The notes under the pieces were generated by a model. The model saw only the letters and a list, made by a program, of their open reading frames with translations, was not told the origin of the DNA and did no database searches. Positions 1 through 10,340 of a DNA stretch of 64,000 nt are shown here, piece after piece. The stretch comes from an uncultured Actinomycetes bacterium. GTDB taxonomy: Bacteria > Actinomycetota > UBA4738 > HRBIN12. The position numbers and the translations under genes are program-made. Numbering within the stretch: position 1 is the stretch's first letter; each line of letters begins with the position of its first letter. The stretch spans positions 23,223 to 87,222 of the forward strand of contig CAVXJC010000005.1 of the NCBI GenBank assembly GCA_963762075.1, given 5' to 3'.

Positions 1-85
1 GTACCAGTCGGGCATGGCCGACGGCATGAACGAGGGGTACGACCGGCTCGAGGAGCTGCTGGCGAAGCAGATCGCGAACTCCTGA
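1..85 (+). CDS. partial CDS (3' end only), product unknown
   Basis: The frame is open from the window edge and ends ...GMNEGYDRLEELLAKQIANS with TGA at 83-85. GC3 is high. It is too short to name. Confidence 0.4.
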   Translation, partial: YQSGMADGMNEGYDRLEELLAKQIANS

Positions 86-128
86 CCTCATCGATCCAAG
101 CACCGACGAGCACGAGGAGGGCACACCG

Positions 129-602
129 ATGCAGAAGATCAGTCCGTTCCTGTGGTTCGACAACCAGGCAGAGGAAGCCGCGGGCTTCTACGTTTCACTG
201 TTCGATGACGCCGAGGTCACGAACGTCGCACGCTACCCCGAGGGAATACCCGATCTCGCCGGCCAGGTGATGACGGTCAGCTTCACGCTCGAGGGGCAGG
301 AGTACACCGCGTTGAACGGCGGGCCCGAGTTCACGTTCACCGAGGCGGTTTCGTTCTTCGTGCGCTGCAAGGACCAGGATGAGGTCGACCGCTTCTGGGC
401 GCAGCTCACCGACGGCGGCGAGCCGGGCCAGTGCGGCTGGCTCAAGGATCGGTACGGGCTGAGCTGGCAGATCGTTCCCGATAGGCTGGGCGAGCTGCTG
501 GGTGACCCTGACCCGGCACGTTCGCAGGCGGCGATGCAGGCGATGCTGCAGATGAGCAAGATCGAGATCAAGATGCTGGAAGACGCGGCTGACGCCGCTT
601 GA
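129..602 (+). CDS. VOC-superfamily protein (PhnB-like / 3-demethylubiquinone methyltransferase-type fold)
   Basis: 157 aa. The N-terminus MQKISPFLWFDNQAEEAAGFY is typical of PhnB-like VOC proteins. A GAGGAGG RBS lies just upstream of the ATG. Confidence 0.85.
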   Translation: MQKISPFLWFDNQAEEAAGFYVSLFDDAEVTNVARYPEGIPDLAGQVMTVSFTLEGQEYTALNGGPEFTFTEAVSFFVRCKDQDEVDRFWAQLTDGGEPGQCGWLKDRYGLSWQIVPDRLGELLGDPDPARSQAAMQAMLQMSKIEIKMLEDAADAA

Positions 603-625
603 CCGTCGAGAGAGGGCGCCGACCG

Positions 626-1036
626 ATGGACCTGAAGCTGGAGCTGCTCCCCGTGCCCGTCACCGACGTGGATCGCGCGAAGGCGTTCTACGCCGACCAG
701 CTCGGGTTCGTGGTCGACGTCGATGACTCGCCGATGGAAGACATCCGGGTCGTGCAGTTGACGCCGCCGGGTTCGGCCTGCTCGATCATGGTCGGCACGG
801 GCATCACGAGGTCCGAGCCCGGCTCGCTACAAGGACCGCAACTCGTCGTGGAGGACATCGAGGCGGCACGGGAGGAGCTCGCGGGTCGTGGCGTCGACCT
901 CGGCCCCGTGCAGCACTTCGAGGAGAGCGGTTTGGTCGATGGCAAGGGTGGGCCGTGGAACTCCTTCGTCTTCTTCAACGACCCCGACGGCAACGGCTGG
1001 GTCTTGCAGGAGCGCCCGAGGGTCGAGGAAGGGTAG
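626..1036 (+). CDS. VOC family glyoxalase/bleomycin-resistance protein
   Basis: MDLKLELLPVPVTDVDRAKAFYADQLGF... and FNDPDGNGW are VOC-fold signatures. I prefer the ATG at 626 over the upstream alternative start at 599. Confidence 0.8.
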   Translation: MDLKLELLPVPVTDVDRAKAFYADQLGFVVDVDDSPMEDIRVVQLTPPGSACSIMVGTGITRSEPGSLQGPQLVVEDIEAAREELAGRGVDLGPVQHFEESGLVDGKGGPWNSFVFFNDPDGNGWVLQERPRVEEG

Positions 1037-1062
1037 AACTCTCTTTCGCCCGCGGGGGGTGC

Positions 1063-1839
1063 TCAATCCTCGAAGAACTCCATGAGGACGGGAGCCATGA
1101 CGTCCGGGGAGACGTCGTGGGTCTGACCTTCGAGCATGCGGACCTGGCCATCGGCCAGGGTCCCGGCGAGCGCGCGTGCCGTCTCGATCATCCATGGGAA
1201 GCTCGCCGTTCCCGCCATCACCATCGCAGGAGCCTTCACTGAGGCCGCCCGTTCCGTCGGCAAGGAATAGTCACCCATGATGGTCGCGTCGTACGCGAGC
1301 GTGTGGGCCAGGGCCTCCTGCTGCGGCCAGAAGGGCGCGCTCCGGGCCTGTGCCACGAACTCGTCGGGGAGACCGACCACCTTCGACATGAAGTACTCGA
1401 CAGCGTCGCCTCGGCGGCCGGACTCGACCAACTCGGTGTAGGTCTTCGCCGTATCTGCCGGCGGCCGGGGACCGCCCTCGGGCACGTACGGCGGCTCCCA
1501 GAGCGCCAGCTTCGTCACGTCGAGCCCGCTCGCCGCGGCCTCGAGCGCGAGGGCAGCACCCGACGATGTGCCGTAGAGACACGCAGCCCCTGCCGCCGCG
1601 CCGATGACGGCGCCGATGTCTTCGACCTCACGATCCACGGCATACGGCTGCGTGTCGCCGCTGTCGCCCCTGCCTCGACGGTCGTAGTTGAAGACCGTGA
1701 ACGTGTCGGCGAGGAGCGCTGCGAGAGGTGCGTTCGACATGCGGTCGACGGAACCGCCGCACACGAGCACGACCGGAGGGCCGTCCCCGAGCCGGTCGAA
1801 CCCGATCTCCGTTCCGTCGTGCGACTTGACGGTTTCCAT
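1063..1839 (-). CDS. alpha/beta hydrolase
   Basis: 258 aa. It has the GTSSG nucleophile elbow and an overall alpha/beta-hydrolase layout. Confidence 0.85.
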   Translation of the reverse strand: METVKSHDGTEIGFDRLGDGPPVVLVCGGSVDRMSNAPLAALLADTFTVFNYDRRGRGDSGDTQPYAVDREVEDIGAVIGAAAGAACLYGTSSGAALALEAAASGLDVTKLALWEPPYVPEGGPRPPADTAKTYTELVESGRRGDAVEYFMSKVVGLPDEFVAQARSAPFWPQQEALAHTLAYDATIMGDYSLPTERAASVKAPAMVMAGTASFPWMIETARALAGTLADGQVRMLEGQTHDVSPDVMAPVLMEFFED

Positions 1840-1853
1840 GGTGAGAACCCCTT

Positions 1854-2375
1854 TCAGGAGTCGCTGTCGTGGCGCGCCTTGAGCTCGTCGGAGACGTGCT
1901 CGGCCAGGCGCTCGAAGAAGATCAGCGAGCCGCGCATCGCGCGGGAGTACTCGTCGGCCGGAAGGTTTCCCCCGCGTTGCGTGAACGTCATCTCGGTCCT
2001 GCCATCGCCAAGATCACGGAGCTCTGCGGTCAAGACCTCGACGTTCCCGCTGGCCGGATCCTCCGGGTCGACCAGCGTCATGACCACGCGCTCGGGTTCC
2101 ACGACCTCGCGGAACTCGCCGGCGAACGGGATCTCGATGCGATCGGGGCCGTGGAGCATCACGGCGCTCCAGGCGCCGCCCGGTCGAGCGTCCATCGAGA
2201 TCCTCTCGAGCGGGATCGACGAACCATGCTCGCCGAACCAAGCGGCGAACCTCTCGGGCTCGGTCCACGCCTTGAACACGAGCTCGCGCGGCGCGTCGAA
2301 GACGCGGACGATCACGATCCCTTCGGCGTCGGATGCGGCCGAGACCACACCCTCGGGTTGTTGCGCGTCAGCCAC
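1854..2375 (-). CDS. SRPBCC (AHSA1/Aha1-like) domain protein
   Basis: VRVFDAPRELVFKAWTEPERFAAWFG is an AHSA1-type SRPBCC signature. I prefer the GTG at 2375 (preceded by AAGGGGG) over the ORF-track start at 2396. Confidence 0.75.
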   Translation of the reverse strand: MADAQQPEGVVSAASDAEGIVIVRVFDAPRELVFKAWTEPERFAAWFGEHGSSIPLERISMDARPGGAWSAVMLHGPDRIEIPFAGEFREVVEPERVVMTLVDPEDPASGNVEVLTAELRDLGDGRTEMTFTQRGGNLPADEYSRAMRGSLIFFERLAEHVSDELKARHDSDS

Positions 2376-2871
2376 GGTTGGCCCCCTTCTCTGCATCGGT
2401 GTCGTGCCTGGCTTTGAGCTCCTTGGAGACGACCGTCTTGAGCGTGTCGAGGTAGTCCGGCCATCCGCCGCCGCTCCTACCGAGGAAGTCGTCTTTGTCC
2501 TCTTCGCGCTGGAAGCCTGTCTGCACCATCGTGAGCAGCGTCTTGCCTCTTACGTCCTCGAAGGTGACGGTCATCTCGGTCTCGATGGTGCGCCCCCAAC
2601 CGGCGATGTCCATCGAGTGGTGGAAAACCAGTCGACGTGGTCGTTCGACCACGGAGTAGACACGTGTCTCCGTGTCGGGGTCTTGTCCCTCGGGACCCAT
2701 GACGTAGACGGATCTGCCGCCGACCTTCACGTCGGTGTGACATCGGTGCACGACCCAGTCGGGTCGGTCTCCGCCGTGCAGCTCTCGTTGCGTGGCCGGG
2801 TCGACGAAGGCGTCGAAGACCGCTTCGGGAGACGCATCGAACGATCGTTCCAATCGCAGTTCGTAGCTCAT
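2368..2871 (-). CDS. SRPBCC (AHSA1-like) domain protein
   Basis: MSYELRLERSFDASPEAVFDAFVDPATQRELHG. The ATG at 2871 overlaps the arsR-family stop in an ATGA coupling. Confidence 0.8.
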   Translation of the reverse strand: MSYELRLERSFDASPEAVFDAFVDPATQRELHGGDRPDWVVHRCHTDVKVGGRSVYVMGPEGQDPDTETRVYSVVERPRRLVFHHSMDIAGWGRTIETEMTVTFEDVRGKTLLTMVQTGFQREEDKDDFLGRSGGGWPDYLDTLKTVVSKELKARHDTDAEKGANRG

Positions 2872-3200
2872 CTGTCCTTCTCCCGGTCCTCGAGGATCGC
2901 TTCGAGCCGGTCGAACCGGCGATCCCATTCTTGCCGGCGTGCCTCGATCCACGTCGTCACGTCGTCCATGGGCTCGGCGTCGAGTCGGCACTCGCGTGTG
3001 CGTCCCCGCTTCAGGGTTGTCACGAGGTGTGCCTGCTCGAGGATGCGCACGTGCTTCATCATCCCCGGAAGCGAGATGCCCGCGGGTCGGGCAAGCTCGC
3101 TGATCGACGCGGGCCCGCCGGACAGACGCTCAAGGATGTCGCGGCGGGTCGCGTCCGAGAGCGCAAAGAACGTCCGATCGAGCGCCTGAGACTGAACCAT
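2868..3200 (-). CDS. ArsR/SmtB family transcriptional regulator
   Basis: 110 aa. FFALSDATRRDILERLSGGPASISELARPAGISLPGMMKHVRILEQAHLV is a winged-HTH ArsR signature. It is the first gene of an ArsR-SRPBCC-SRPBCC string. Confidence 0.9.
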   Translation of the reverse strand: MVQSQALDRTFFALSDATRRDILERLSGGPASISELARPAGISLPGMMKHVRILEQAHLVTTLKRGRTRECRLDAEPMDDVTTWIEARRQEWDRRFDRLEAILEDREKDR

Positions 3201-3265
3201 ACGGTTAAGTATGCGAAAGAAGGCCGGCGGACGTCAACCTTCACGTGTGCATCGCGGCGACGCCA

Positions 3266-4240
3266 TCAGGAGTCGAGCCGGTCGGGTAGCCCGAAGAGTG
3301 GGAACAGGTGGCCTGTGTCGAGGAAGAACGTGATGCCGTCGATGCGATCGCCCGAGAGCTCGAGCACCTGCAAAGCCCACGGTTCGTGCCCACCGTCCTC
3401 GCTCGGCTTGTACTGCGCGAACGCGGGCGACCCGTTGGCCTCGACGGCGACCAGCCGCGAGCCCTTGCAGCCGATGCCCGGACCGAGGCACCAGGTCGTG
3501 ATGTCGCTGTGAGTCTGCATCCAGAGTCGGTACGGCGGCATCGACCAGGTCGCGTCTTCCCGCAGCAGTGACGTGAGTGAGTCCATGTCGTAGCGCTCGA
3601 AGGCGTCGACGTAGCGCTCGAGCAGCGATCGCTGCTCGGCGTCGTCCGCGCGCAGGGGCTCCGCATCTGAGATGTCAACTTCCTCCAGCGTTGCGTGCGC
3701 CCGTTGCAGGGCGCTGTTGACCGATGCCACCGATGTGTCGAGCAGCGTGGCGACCTCCGAAGCTTTCCAGCGGAGCACGTCGCGCAGGAGAAGCACTGCC
3801 CGCTGCTTCGGCGGCAGATGTTGCAGGGCGGCGATGAACGCGAGGCGGATCGACTCGCGCGCCTCGGCGATCTCGGCCGGGTCGCCGCCCCCGGTCACGA
3901 CCGTGACGTCGGGCACCGGAAGGATCCAGGTCGCCTCGCCAAGCGGTTCTCCCATCAACGAGACGTCGGCTCGTTGCGCGGGTCCGAGATCCATGGGGCG
4001 GGCCCGGCGCTCCTTCCCGCTCAGCATGTCGAGGCAGACGTTCGTCGTGATGCGATACAGCCACGACCGCAGCGCCGAGCGCCCCTCGAACCGGTCATAG
4101 CTGCGCCACGCGCGAAGCATCGTTTCCTGCACGGCGTCCTCAGCCTCGAACGCCGAGCCGAGCATGCGGTAGGAGTACCCGGTGAGCTCGCGGCGGTGCT
4201 CTTCCAGCCGCCGATCCAGATCTTCGGGTGCGCGGACCAT
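3266..4240 (-). CDS. ECF sigma-70 factor with C-terminal SnoaL/NTF2-like extension (SigJ/ECF41-like)
   Basis: Region 2 ([28 protein letters not shown]) and region 4 ([40 protein letters not shown]) are both present. About 110 aa follow them. The ATG at 4240 was verified in the sequence. Confidence 0.85.
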   Translation of the reverse strand: MVRAPEDLDRRLEEHRRELTGYSYRMLGSAFEAEDAVQETMLRAWRSYDRFEGRSALRSWLYRITTNVCLDMLSGKERRARPMDLGPAQRADVSLMGEPLGEATWILPVPDVTVVTGGGDPAEIAEARESIRLAFIAALQHLPPKQRAVLLLRDVLRWKASEVATLLDTSVASVNSALQRAHATLEEVDISDAEPLRADDAEQRSLLERYVDAFERYDMDSLTSLLREDATWSMPPYRLWMQTHSDITTWCLGPGIGCKGSRLVAVEANGSPAFAQYKPSEDGGHEPWALQVLELSGDRIDGITFFLDTGHLFPLFGLPDRLDS

Positions 4241-4354
4241 GCGTGGCACCCTACGACGGAACCCGGGGAATGAACCCTCCGGACGATGAGTTCGGGTAAC
4301 TGCCTCCGTCTCATCAGCGAGACACTGACCACACGACCGGAGGAAAGGAAAGCG

Positions 4355-5953
4355 ATGTCGTTCGAGAGGCGGACCGAGACCCCACCACAGGCAACGCGGC
4401 GAGAGTGGGTGGGGCTCGGCGTTCTCACGCTCGCGTGCCTGCTGTACGCGATGGACCTGACGGTGCTGCACCTCGCGGTGCCGTCGCTCAGCGCCGACCT
4501 CGAGCCCAGCAGCGCGCAGCTCCTCTGGATCGTCGACATCTACGGGTTCATGGTGGCGGGCTTCCTCGTCACGATGGGAACGCTCGGCGATCGCATCGGC
4601 CGACGACGACTGCTGTTGATCGGGGGTGCTGCGTTCGCCGCCGTCTCTGTGCTCGCCGCGTTCTCGACGAGCCCCGAGATGCTGATCGCGAGCCGAGCGC
4701 TGCAGGGCATCGCCGGCGCGACGATCGCGCCCTCGACGCTCTCACTGATCTTCAACATGTTCCTCGACCCTCGACAGCGCACGATGGCGATCGGCGTGTG
4801 GATCGCGGGATTCTCCGCCGGTGGCGCCGTGGGACCCGTGTTCGGCGGCGTGCTGCTCGAGAACTTCTGGTGGGGCTCGGTGTTCCTGATGGCCCTGCCC
4901 GTCATGGCGTTGCTGCTCATCCTGGGGCCTCAGCTGCTGCCCGAGTTCCGCGATCCGGATGCCGGCCGGCTCGACCTCGTGAGCGCGGCACTCTCCCTCA
5001 TCGCGATCCTGGCGGTCATCTTCGGGCTGAAGCAGATCGCGCAGGATGGCTTCGGGTGGGTCCCGGTCGCCTCGATCCTCGCCGGGATCGCGATCGGTGT
5101 CGGGTTCGTGCAGCGCCAGCGGTCGCTCGACGACCCGATGATCGACCTCGCCTTGTTCCGGCACCGTGCGTTCAACGCAGCCCTCGCGACCAATGTGCTC
5201 GCAGTCTTCATCGCGTTCGGCTACTTCCTCTTCGTCGCGCAGTACCTACAGCTCGTGCTCGGCCTCTCGCCGCTCGAAGCGGGGCTGTGGTCACTGCCAT
5301 CGGCAGTCGGATTCATCGTGGGATCGCAGACCGCGCCGCGACTGCTCCGTCGATTCAGGCCCGCGTACGTGATCGGTGCGGGCCTGGCGATGAGCGCCGT
5401 CGGCCTCGCGATGCTGACGCAGCTCGATGGATCCCCTGGACTTACGGTCCTCGTCGGCGCCTCGGTGATCATCTCGCTCGGCCTCGCGCCCGTATTCACG
5501 GCAACCACCGATCTGATCGTCGGATCCGCCCCCCCGGAACGGGCGGGCGCCGCCTCCGGCATCTCCGAAACCGGCGCAGAGCTCGGCGGTGCCGTCGGCA
5601 TCGCGATCCTCGGAAGCATCGGAACCGCCGTCTACCGGCGCGAGCTGGCCGACCTCTTGCCGGCCGGGGTACCGGCCGAGGCGGCGGCCGCGACGAGGGA
5701 CACGCTCGGGGCGGCGGCCGGCGTGGCGGGCGAATTGCCGCGTTCCGTGGGTAACGAGCTGCTCGACGCTGCCCGGGAAGCGTTCATACGAGGCATGCGG
5801 GTGAGCACCTTCGTGGCGACCGTCGTGGCGGTCGGGATCTCAGCCCTCGCAGTGACGATGCTCCGGCATGTAGGTTCGGGCGCCTCCCAGGAAACCGACA
5901 GAGAAGCGGTGGGGTCGAGCGAGGTCCTGGAACGCGTGGCCGCGGTCGAATGA
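4355..5953 (+). CDS. MFS transporter, DHA2 (EmrB/QacA-like, 14-TM type)
   Basis: Multi-TM protein with [14 protein letters not shown] (MFS motif A). The ATG at 4355 follows GGAGGAAAGG. Confidence 0.9.
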   Translation: MSFERRTETPPQATRREWVGLGVLTLACLLYAMDLTVLHLAVPSLSADLEPSSAQLLWIVDIYGFMVAGFLVTMGTLGDRIGRRRLLLIGGAAFAAVSVLAAFSTSPEMLIASRALQGIAGATIAPSTLSLIFNMFLDPRQRTMAIGVWIAGFSAGGAVGPVFGGVLLENFWWGSVFLMALPVMALLLILGPQLLPEFRDPDAGRLDLVSAALSLIAILAVIFGLKQIAQDGFGWVPVASILAGIAIGVGFVQRQRSLDDPMIDLALFRHRAFNAALATNVLAVFIAFGYFLFVAQYLQLVLGLSPLEAGLWSLPSAVGFIVGSQTAPRLLRRFRPAYVIGAGLAMSAVGLAMLTQLDGSPGLTVLVGASVIISLGLAPVFTATTDLIVGSAPPERAGAASGISETGAELGGAVGIAILGSIGTAVYRRELADLLPAGVPAEAAAATRDTLGAAAGVAGELPRSVGNELLDAAREAFIRGMRVSTFVATVVAVGISALAVTMLRHVGSGASQETDREAVGSSEVLERVAAVE

Positions 5954-6058
5954 CGACGAGCGTGATCGATCCTTCCAGCGAGGTGTCGAGGAGCGGGAGC
6001 CCCGTTCGTCGTTGAGGTAGATGCGCGGACACGGAGCGCCGCGCGAGAGGAGGGGAAC

Positions 6059-6376
6059 ATGAGTGACTTCGTGCTGCTCTACCAAGGCGGGTCGATGCCC
6101 GAGACCGAGCAAGAGCAGAAGCAGGCCATGGATGCGTGGACCGCGTGGTTCACGAACCTCGGATCCGCGGTGAAGGACCAGGGCAACCCGTTCTCGGGCG
6201 CGTCGAAGTCGATCGCCGGCGATGGCGCCGTGTCTGATGGCGGCGGGGGTACGGCGTCGGGGTACTCGATCCTTTCTGCCGACTCGCTCGACGACGCGGT
6301 CGCCCTGGCGAAGGACTGTCCGGTGCTGCAGGGTGGAGCGGGCATCACCATCTACGAGACGATCGAGGTGATGTGA
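6059..6376 (+). CDS. YCII-related small protein
   Basis: 105 aa. MSDFVLLYQGG ... GYSILSADSLDDAVALAKDCPV fits the YciI-like pattern. Confidence 0.65.
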   Translation: MSDFVLLYQGGSMPETEQEQKQAMDAWTAWFTNLGSAVKDQGNPFSGASKSIAGDGAVSDGGGGTASGYSILSADSLDDAVALAKDCPVLQGGAGITIYETIEVM

Positions 6377-6394
6377 AGCCGTTCCGATGTGACA

Positions 6395-6427
6395 CGAGGC
6401 CCGGAGGGTATCGACCTCCGGGCCTCG
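6395..6427 (+). terminator. strong hairpin 19 nt after the stop (putative intrinsic terminator, no U-tract)
   Basis: CGAGGCCCGGAGG-GTATCGA-CCTCCGGGCCTCG forms a perfect 13-bp stem. Confidence 0.5.
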
Positions 6428-6600
6428 TCGAGATCTACCCGCGGCCGCAGGCGGGGGGCGGTTCGTGGACGAACACGTCGGCGCGATCGCTCTGATCGTT
6501 GCCCAACGAGGTTCGATGCCGTCGACTCCCCGCGAGGTCGCCCGCGAACGTTCGCCCGCGCCTCATGGTCCGGATGAGCACGTAGGGTCTGTTCGAGGCG

Positions 6601-7032
6601 ATGGAACAGCGACTGACGATCGTCACGCTCGGCGTGGCCGACGTATCCGCGGCCAGGAGCTTCTACGAACGCATGGGCTGGCGTGCCGACCTCGAGGTCG
6701 AGGAGACCGTGTTCTTCCGCGTCGGTGGCATGTTCCTCATCTTGTGGAGCCGCGAGAAGCTGGCCGACGATAGCGGTGTCAGCGATGGGGGCGGGTGGGG
6801 AGGAGTCACGCTCGCACACAACGTCCGCTCGACCGACGAGGTCGACGCGGTGATCGAGCAGGCCCGCGACGCCGGCGCCCGCATCAGCGTGGAGCCGCGC
6901 GAGACCTTCTACGGGGGCTACGCCGGCGTCTTCATCGACCCCGACGGACACCCGTGGGAGATCGCATTCAACCCGGGACTGGTGCTCGACGATCACGGCG
7001 CGATCGGCTTCCCGGCGACGGGAGATCGGTGA
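6601..7032 (+). CDS. VOC family protein (glyoxalase-like)
   Basis: MEQRLTIVTLGVADVSAARSFYERMGW ... FIDPDGHPWEIA. Confidence 0.85.
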   Translation: MEQRLTIVTLGVADVSAARSFYERMGWRADLEVEETVFFRVGGMFLILWSREKLADDSGVSDGGGWGGVTLAHNVRSTDEVDAVIEQARDAGARISVEPRETFYGGYAGVFIDPDGHPWEIAFNPGLVLDDHGAIGFPATGDR

Positions 7033-7076
7033 CAGATCGGGTGAGACGACCCGACTCCGTGTCCTGCGGCGATGGC

Positions 7077-8249
7077 CTACGTGAGGGAGGCGGCGGGCAC
7101 CTGCTTCTTCGGATCGACGAACGGGATCGCGGCGGTCGTGCCGACGAGATGGCCGTGCTGTGACTCGACGTCGAGCTGCGTCCCGGGTTCCGACAGCTCG
7201 ATCGGCACCCAGACGTAGCCGATGTTCCGCTCGAGCCGAGGCGACCACACCGCATCGGTGACCTTGCCGACTTCCTTGCCGTCATGGAACGCGGGCCAGA
7301 AGTCGGCCGGATCGATGTCGAATCCACCGTCGGCCTCGAATTCGATACCGACGAGCTTGTCTTTCACGCCGTCGAGACGGATCTGCTCGAGCGCCTTCTT
7401 CCCGATGTAGTCCTGCGGCTGATCCTCGACGAGACGCTCGAGACCCATGAGCTGGAACGGGTTGTTGTCGATCGTCATGTCGGAGCCGTAGTTCATCATG
7501 CCGGCTTCGATGCGCTTGGCCATGCTCGGCGCGGCGACGCTGATGTCGAATTCGTCGCCCGCCTCGAGCACTGCCTTCCAGAGTGCGTCGCCATGGGCGA
7601 ACTCGAGGCAGTTCACCTCGAACCCAGGAGCGGCGGTGAAGCCGGTGCGGCTGATCACGACCGGCATGCCCTTGATCTCGAAACGACCGCACCAGTAGTA
7701 CTTCAGATCGTAGATCGTCGGGCCTACGAGCTTCTCGAGCGTCTTCGCTGACGACGGGCCCTGCACCTGCATCGGGTAGACCTCGGGGTGGAACACGCTG
7801 ACGTCGAGTCCGAGTCCGGTCGCGATGCCGAGCGCATACAGACCTGCGTCGGAATCGGCGAGCTGCATCCACCACTGGTCTTCGTCGACGTGCAGCAACA
7901 CGGGGTCGTTCACGATGCCGCCGTCTCGCGCGGTCACGAGCATGTATTTCGCCTGGCCCACAGCGCATCTCGTCAGGTCACGGCACGTGATCATGTCGAT
8001 CAGGCGATCAGCATCGGGGCCGCTGATCTCGATCGTCCACTCTGCGCCGACGTCCCACAGCACTACACCGTTGAGCAGCCGTTCGTATTCCTTGTTGGGA
8101 TCGTCGTAGTAGCCGGGCAGCATCGTGTGGTTGTAGACGTCCCACTGCTTGCACCCGGCTCGTACGGTGGCCTCGAAGTACGGCGACCGCCGGTACCACG
8201 GCCCCGTGTAGAACGTCGCTTCGGTCAGGTATCGCTCGGCGTCCGCCAT
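7077..8249 (-). CDS. aminomethyltransferase (GcvT/folate-binding) family protein
   Basis: 390 aa with GcvT-family architecture: LWDVGAEWTIEISGPDADRLIDMI ... ISRTGFTAAPGFEV. The substrate cannot be determined from sequence alone. Confidence 0.75.
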   Translation of the reverse strand: MADAERYLTEATFYTGPWYRRSPYFEATVRAGCKQWDVYNHTMLPGYYDDPNKEYERLLNGVVLWDVGAEWTIEISGPDADRLIDMITCRDLTRCAVGQAKYMLVTARDGGIVNDPVLLHVDEDQWWMQLADSDAGLYALGIATGLGLDVSVFHPEVYPMQVQGPSSAKTLEKLVGPTIYDLKYYWCGRFEIKGMPVVISRTGFTAAPGFEVNCLEFAHGDALWKAVLEAGDEFDISVAAPSMAKRIEAGMMNYGSDMTIDNNPFQLMGLERLVEDQPQDYIGKKALEQIRLDGVKDKLVGIEFEADGGFDIDPADFWPAFHDGKEVGKVTDAVWSPRLERNIGYVWVPIELSEPGTQLDVESQHGHLVGTTAAIPFVDPKKQVPAASLT

Positions 8250-8270
8250 ACCCCGGTGCCTCCTCTCGGA

Positions 8271-8287
8271 CTAGAATGAGATTCTAG
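8271..8287. promoter_or_regulatory. perfect palindrome CTAGAAT-GAG-ATTCTAG (putative TetR operator)
   Basis: It lies in the 39-bp divergent gap between the GcvT-family gene and the TetR gene, and ends 1 nt before the tetR ATG. Confidence 0.5.
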
Positions 8288-8288
8288 A

Positions 8289-8936
8289 ATGGGTGTCCAA
8301 GCGAACGCAAGCGGCAGCTCCCGGAGTCGCGCGCGTCGAGAGCGCGTCATGGAAGCCGCACTCGGCGTCATCGCCGACCGGGGCCTCGCATCGACACGCA
8401 TCTCCGACATCGCCGCTCGGGCAGACATGAGCGCGGGCCACGTCATGTACTACTTCCGGAGTAAGGACCTCGTGCTGATGGAGGCCCTGAAGTACGTCGA
8501 GGACCGCATGCACGAGGAAGTCGGCGCCGAGCTCGAGTCGATCACACCGGGTCCGAGGAGGCTGCGACGGTTGCTCGAGCTGAACATGCCCGACGGAACC
8601 GCCGACCCAGGGTGGGCGCTGTGGCTGGAAGCCTGGACCCTCGCGCCTCACGACGAGCTCGTACGTCAGTTGGTCGCGGAGCTCGAGGCCCGATGGGTCG
8701 CCCTGCTCGGCGAGGTTGTCCGCTCGGGCGTCGAGGCCGGAGCGTTCAGGTGCCGTGCTGTCGAGGCTGCGGTCACACACATCTACGCGACCGTCAACGG
8801 CTTGGCCGTGCAGGTCGTGACCGGAGCCGGCGGTATGACGTTCGAGGATGCCATCCGCGTGTGTATGCGGGCGGCACGATCCGAGCTCGGTTTCAGGGGC
8901 GGGCGAACCCCGAAGCGGACCGGTGGTAACGCGTAG
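8289..8936 (+). CDS. TetR/AcrR family transcriptional regulator
   Basis: RERVMEAALGVIADRGLASTRISDIAARADMSAGHVMYYFRSKDLVLMEA is a TetR HTH. Confidence 0.9.
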   Translation: MGVQANASGSSRSRARRERVMEAALGVIADRGLASTRISDIAARADMSAGHVMYYFRSKDLVLMEALKYVEDRMHEEVGAELESITPGPRRLRRLLELNMPDGTADPGWALWLEAWTLAPHDELVRQLVAELEARWVALLGEVVRSGVEAGAFRCRAVEAAVTHIYATVNGLAVQVVTGAGGMTFEDAIRVCMRAARSELGFRGGRTPKRTGGNA

Positions 8937-9140
8937 GGGCAAGGCTGACACCCGCACGATGATCGAGGTGATGCGGATCCGGCTCGTGGGCGTTTGACCG
9001 TGGCGTAACGAACGCCGCTGCTCCATCGTTCATGTCGCGATGGTGATGGAGGATCCGTCGTGAACCCCGGGACCTGACACATCGACCAACGGCATGACGT
9101 GCCGCGTGGTGATGACCGAGGATCTGCCGGATCGTCTAGA

Positions 9141-10340
9141 TCAGTGCGAAGCCACCGGAAGCGAGACGATGACGGTGGTTCCCTGTGCGTCGCCCTCCGC
9201 CGCATCCGTGGCCGAGGTCGCGAAGATGAGGCCTCCGTGCGCTTCGACGAGGCTCCGAGCGATCGCCAAGCCGAGGCCGCTTCCGCCGGAATCGGCGCTC
9301 TTGACGAAGCGGTCGAACACGTGGGGCAGCAGTTCGTCGGGGATACCCGTTCCCGTGTCGGTCACGCGGAACGAGAGCGCCGGCGACCCGTCGAGGGAGG
9401 CCCGAGCCGCCGCAACCTCGATGCGTCCGCCCCGTGGGGTATGACGAAGCGCATTCTGCAAGAGGTTCGCGAGCACCTCGCCGATGCGAACGGGGTCGAC
9501 CTCGATCGTCGGCAAGCCCTCGGCGACATCTGATGCGAGCGTGACTTCCCGTTCCTCGGCCGGCGTCGTGAACGCAGACACCACATCGTCGACGAGCGCG
9601 CGAGGTGTCACTGGCTCCCGATGCAGGACGAGGGCACCGGCCTCGGCCGTCGAAAGGGTGCGGAGGTCGTCCAAGAGCCTTGCGAGCACGTCGGTCTCGT
9701 CGAGCAGGGTGCGCAAGTGCTGGGGATCGGCCGGATACAGACCGTCGAGCATCGCCTCGGCGTTGCCCCGGATCACGGCGAGCGGCGTCCGCAGCTCGTG
9801 GGCGAGATCGGCCAGCAGATCGCGGCGGCGCGTCTCGTCGGTCTCCAGTCGCTCGGCCATGCGGTTGAACGCGTGCGCGAGCCGCCGGTCGTCACCCCCG
9901 CCCCGCGCCTCGACCCGAGCTGTCAGGTCGCCGTCGGCGACGCGGCCGACGGCCTCCATCACATCGCCGACCGGGCCCGCCGCTCGTCGCACGCCTCGCA
10001 TCACGATCAGGAACAATCCGACGAGGCCGGCAACCAGGAAGAGTGGGAACGGGAAGAACCCCCGAGGGCCGTTCCCCGGCCCTCGGTCCCATCCGCCGCC
10101 GAACACGGCGCCGAGCACCCATCCCGACACGATCATCAGCAGGATCAGCGCCCCGACGCCGAAAAGCATCCGCCTGAGGAAGCGCTTGCGCATGCCGCCC
10201 CACGCTTCCCAACCGCCCTCCGGTGGGAACGGCTCCCCCTGCGGCCACCAGGGCGGACGGCCACCACGCCAAGGCGGACCTGGTCGGGCTCTGCTCCGAG
10301 GCGGAGTCGGTTCAGGCATCGGCGAACCGATAGCCGACAC
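9141..10340 (-). CDS. sensor histidine kinase (HAMP-HisKA-HATPase_c)
   Basis: H-box LADLAHELRTPLAVI and the G-boxes DTGTGIP and GSGLGLAIA are present. The start is uncertain: GTG 10340 or ATG 10319, and both overlap the response-regulator stop. Confidence 0.85.
   Translation of the reverse strand: MSAIGSPMPEPTPPRSRARPGPPWRGGRPPWWPQGEPFPPEGGWEAWGGMRKRFLRRMLFGVGALILLMIVSGWVLGAVFGGGWDRGPGNGPRGFFPFPLFLVAGLVGLFLIVMRGVRRAAGPVGDVMEAVGRVADGDLTARVEARGGGDDRRLAHAFNRMAERLETDETRRRDLLADLAHELRTPLAVIRGNAEAMLDGLYPADPQHLRTLLDETDVLARLLDDLRTLSTAEAGALVLHREPVTPRALVDDVVSAFTTPAEEREVTLASDVAEGLPTIEVDPVRIGEVLANLLQNALRHTPRGGRIEVAAARASLDGSPALSFRVTDTGTGIPDELLPHVFDRFVKSADSGGSGLGLAIARSLVEAHGGLIFATSATDAAEGDAQGTTVIVSLPVASH

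Noticed and set aside
1303-3189. Very long ORFs such as 1303-3189 (+, 628 aa), 9484-11112 (+, 542 aa), 20586-22526 (+, 646 aa), 15181-16050 (+) and 47970-48974 (-).
   Set aside because: They run antisense to, or out of frame with, genes that have clear family signatures. They are Arg/Pro/Ala-rich with no recognisable motifs. These are the usual shadow ORFs of high-GC DNA.
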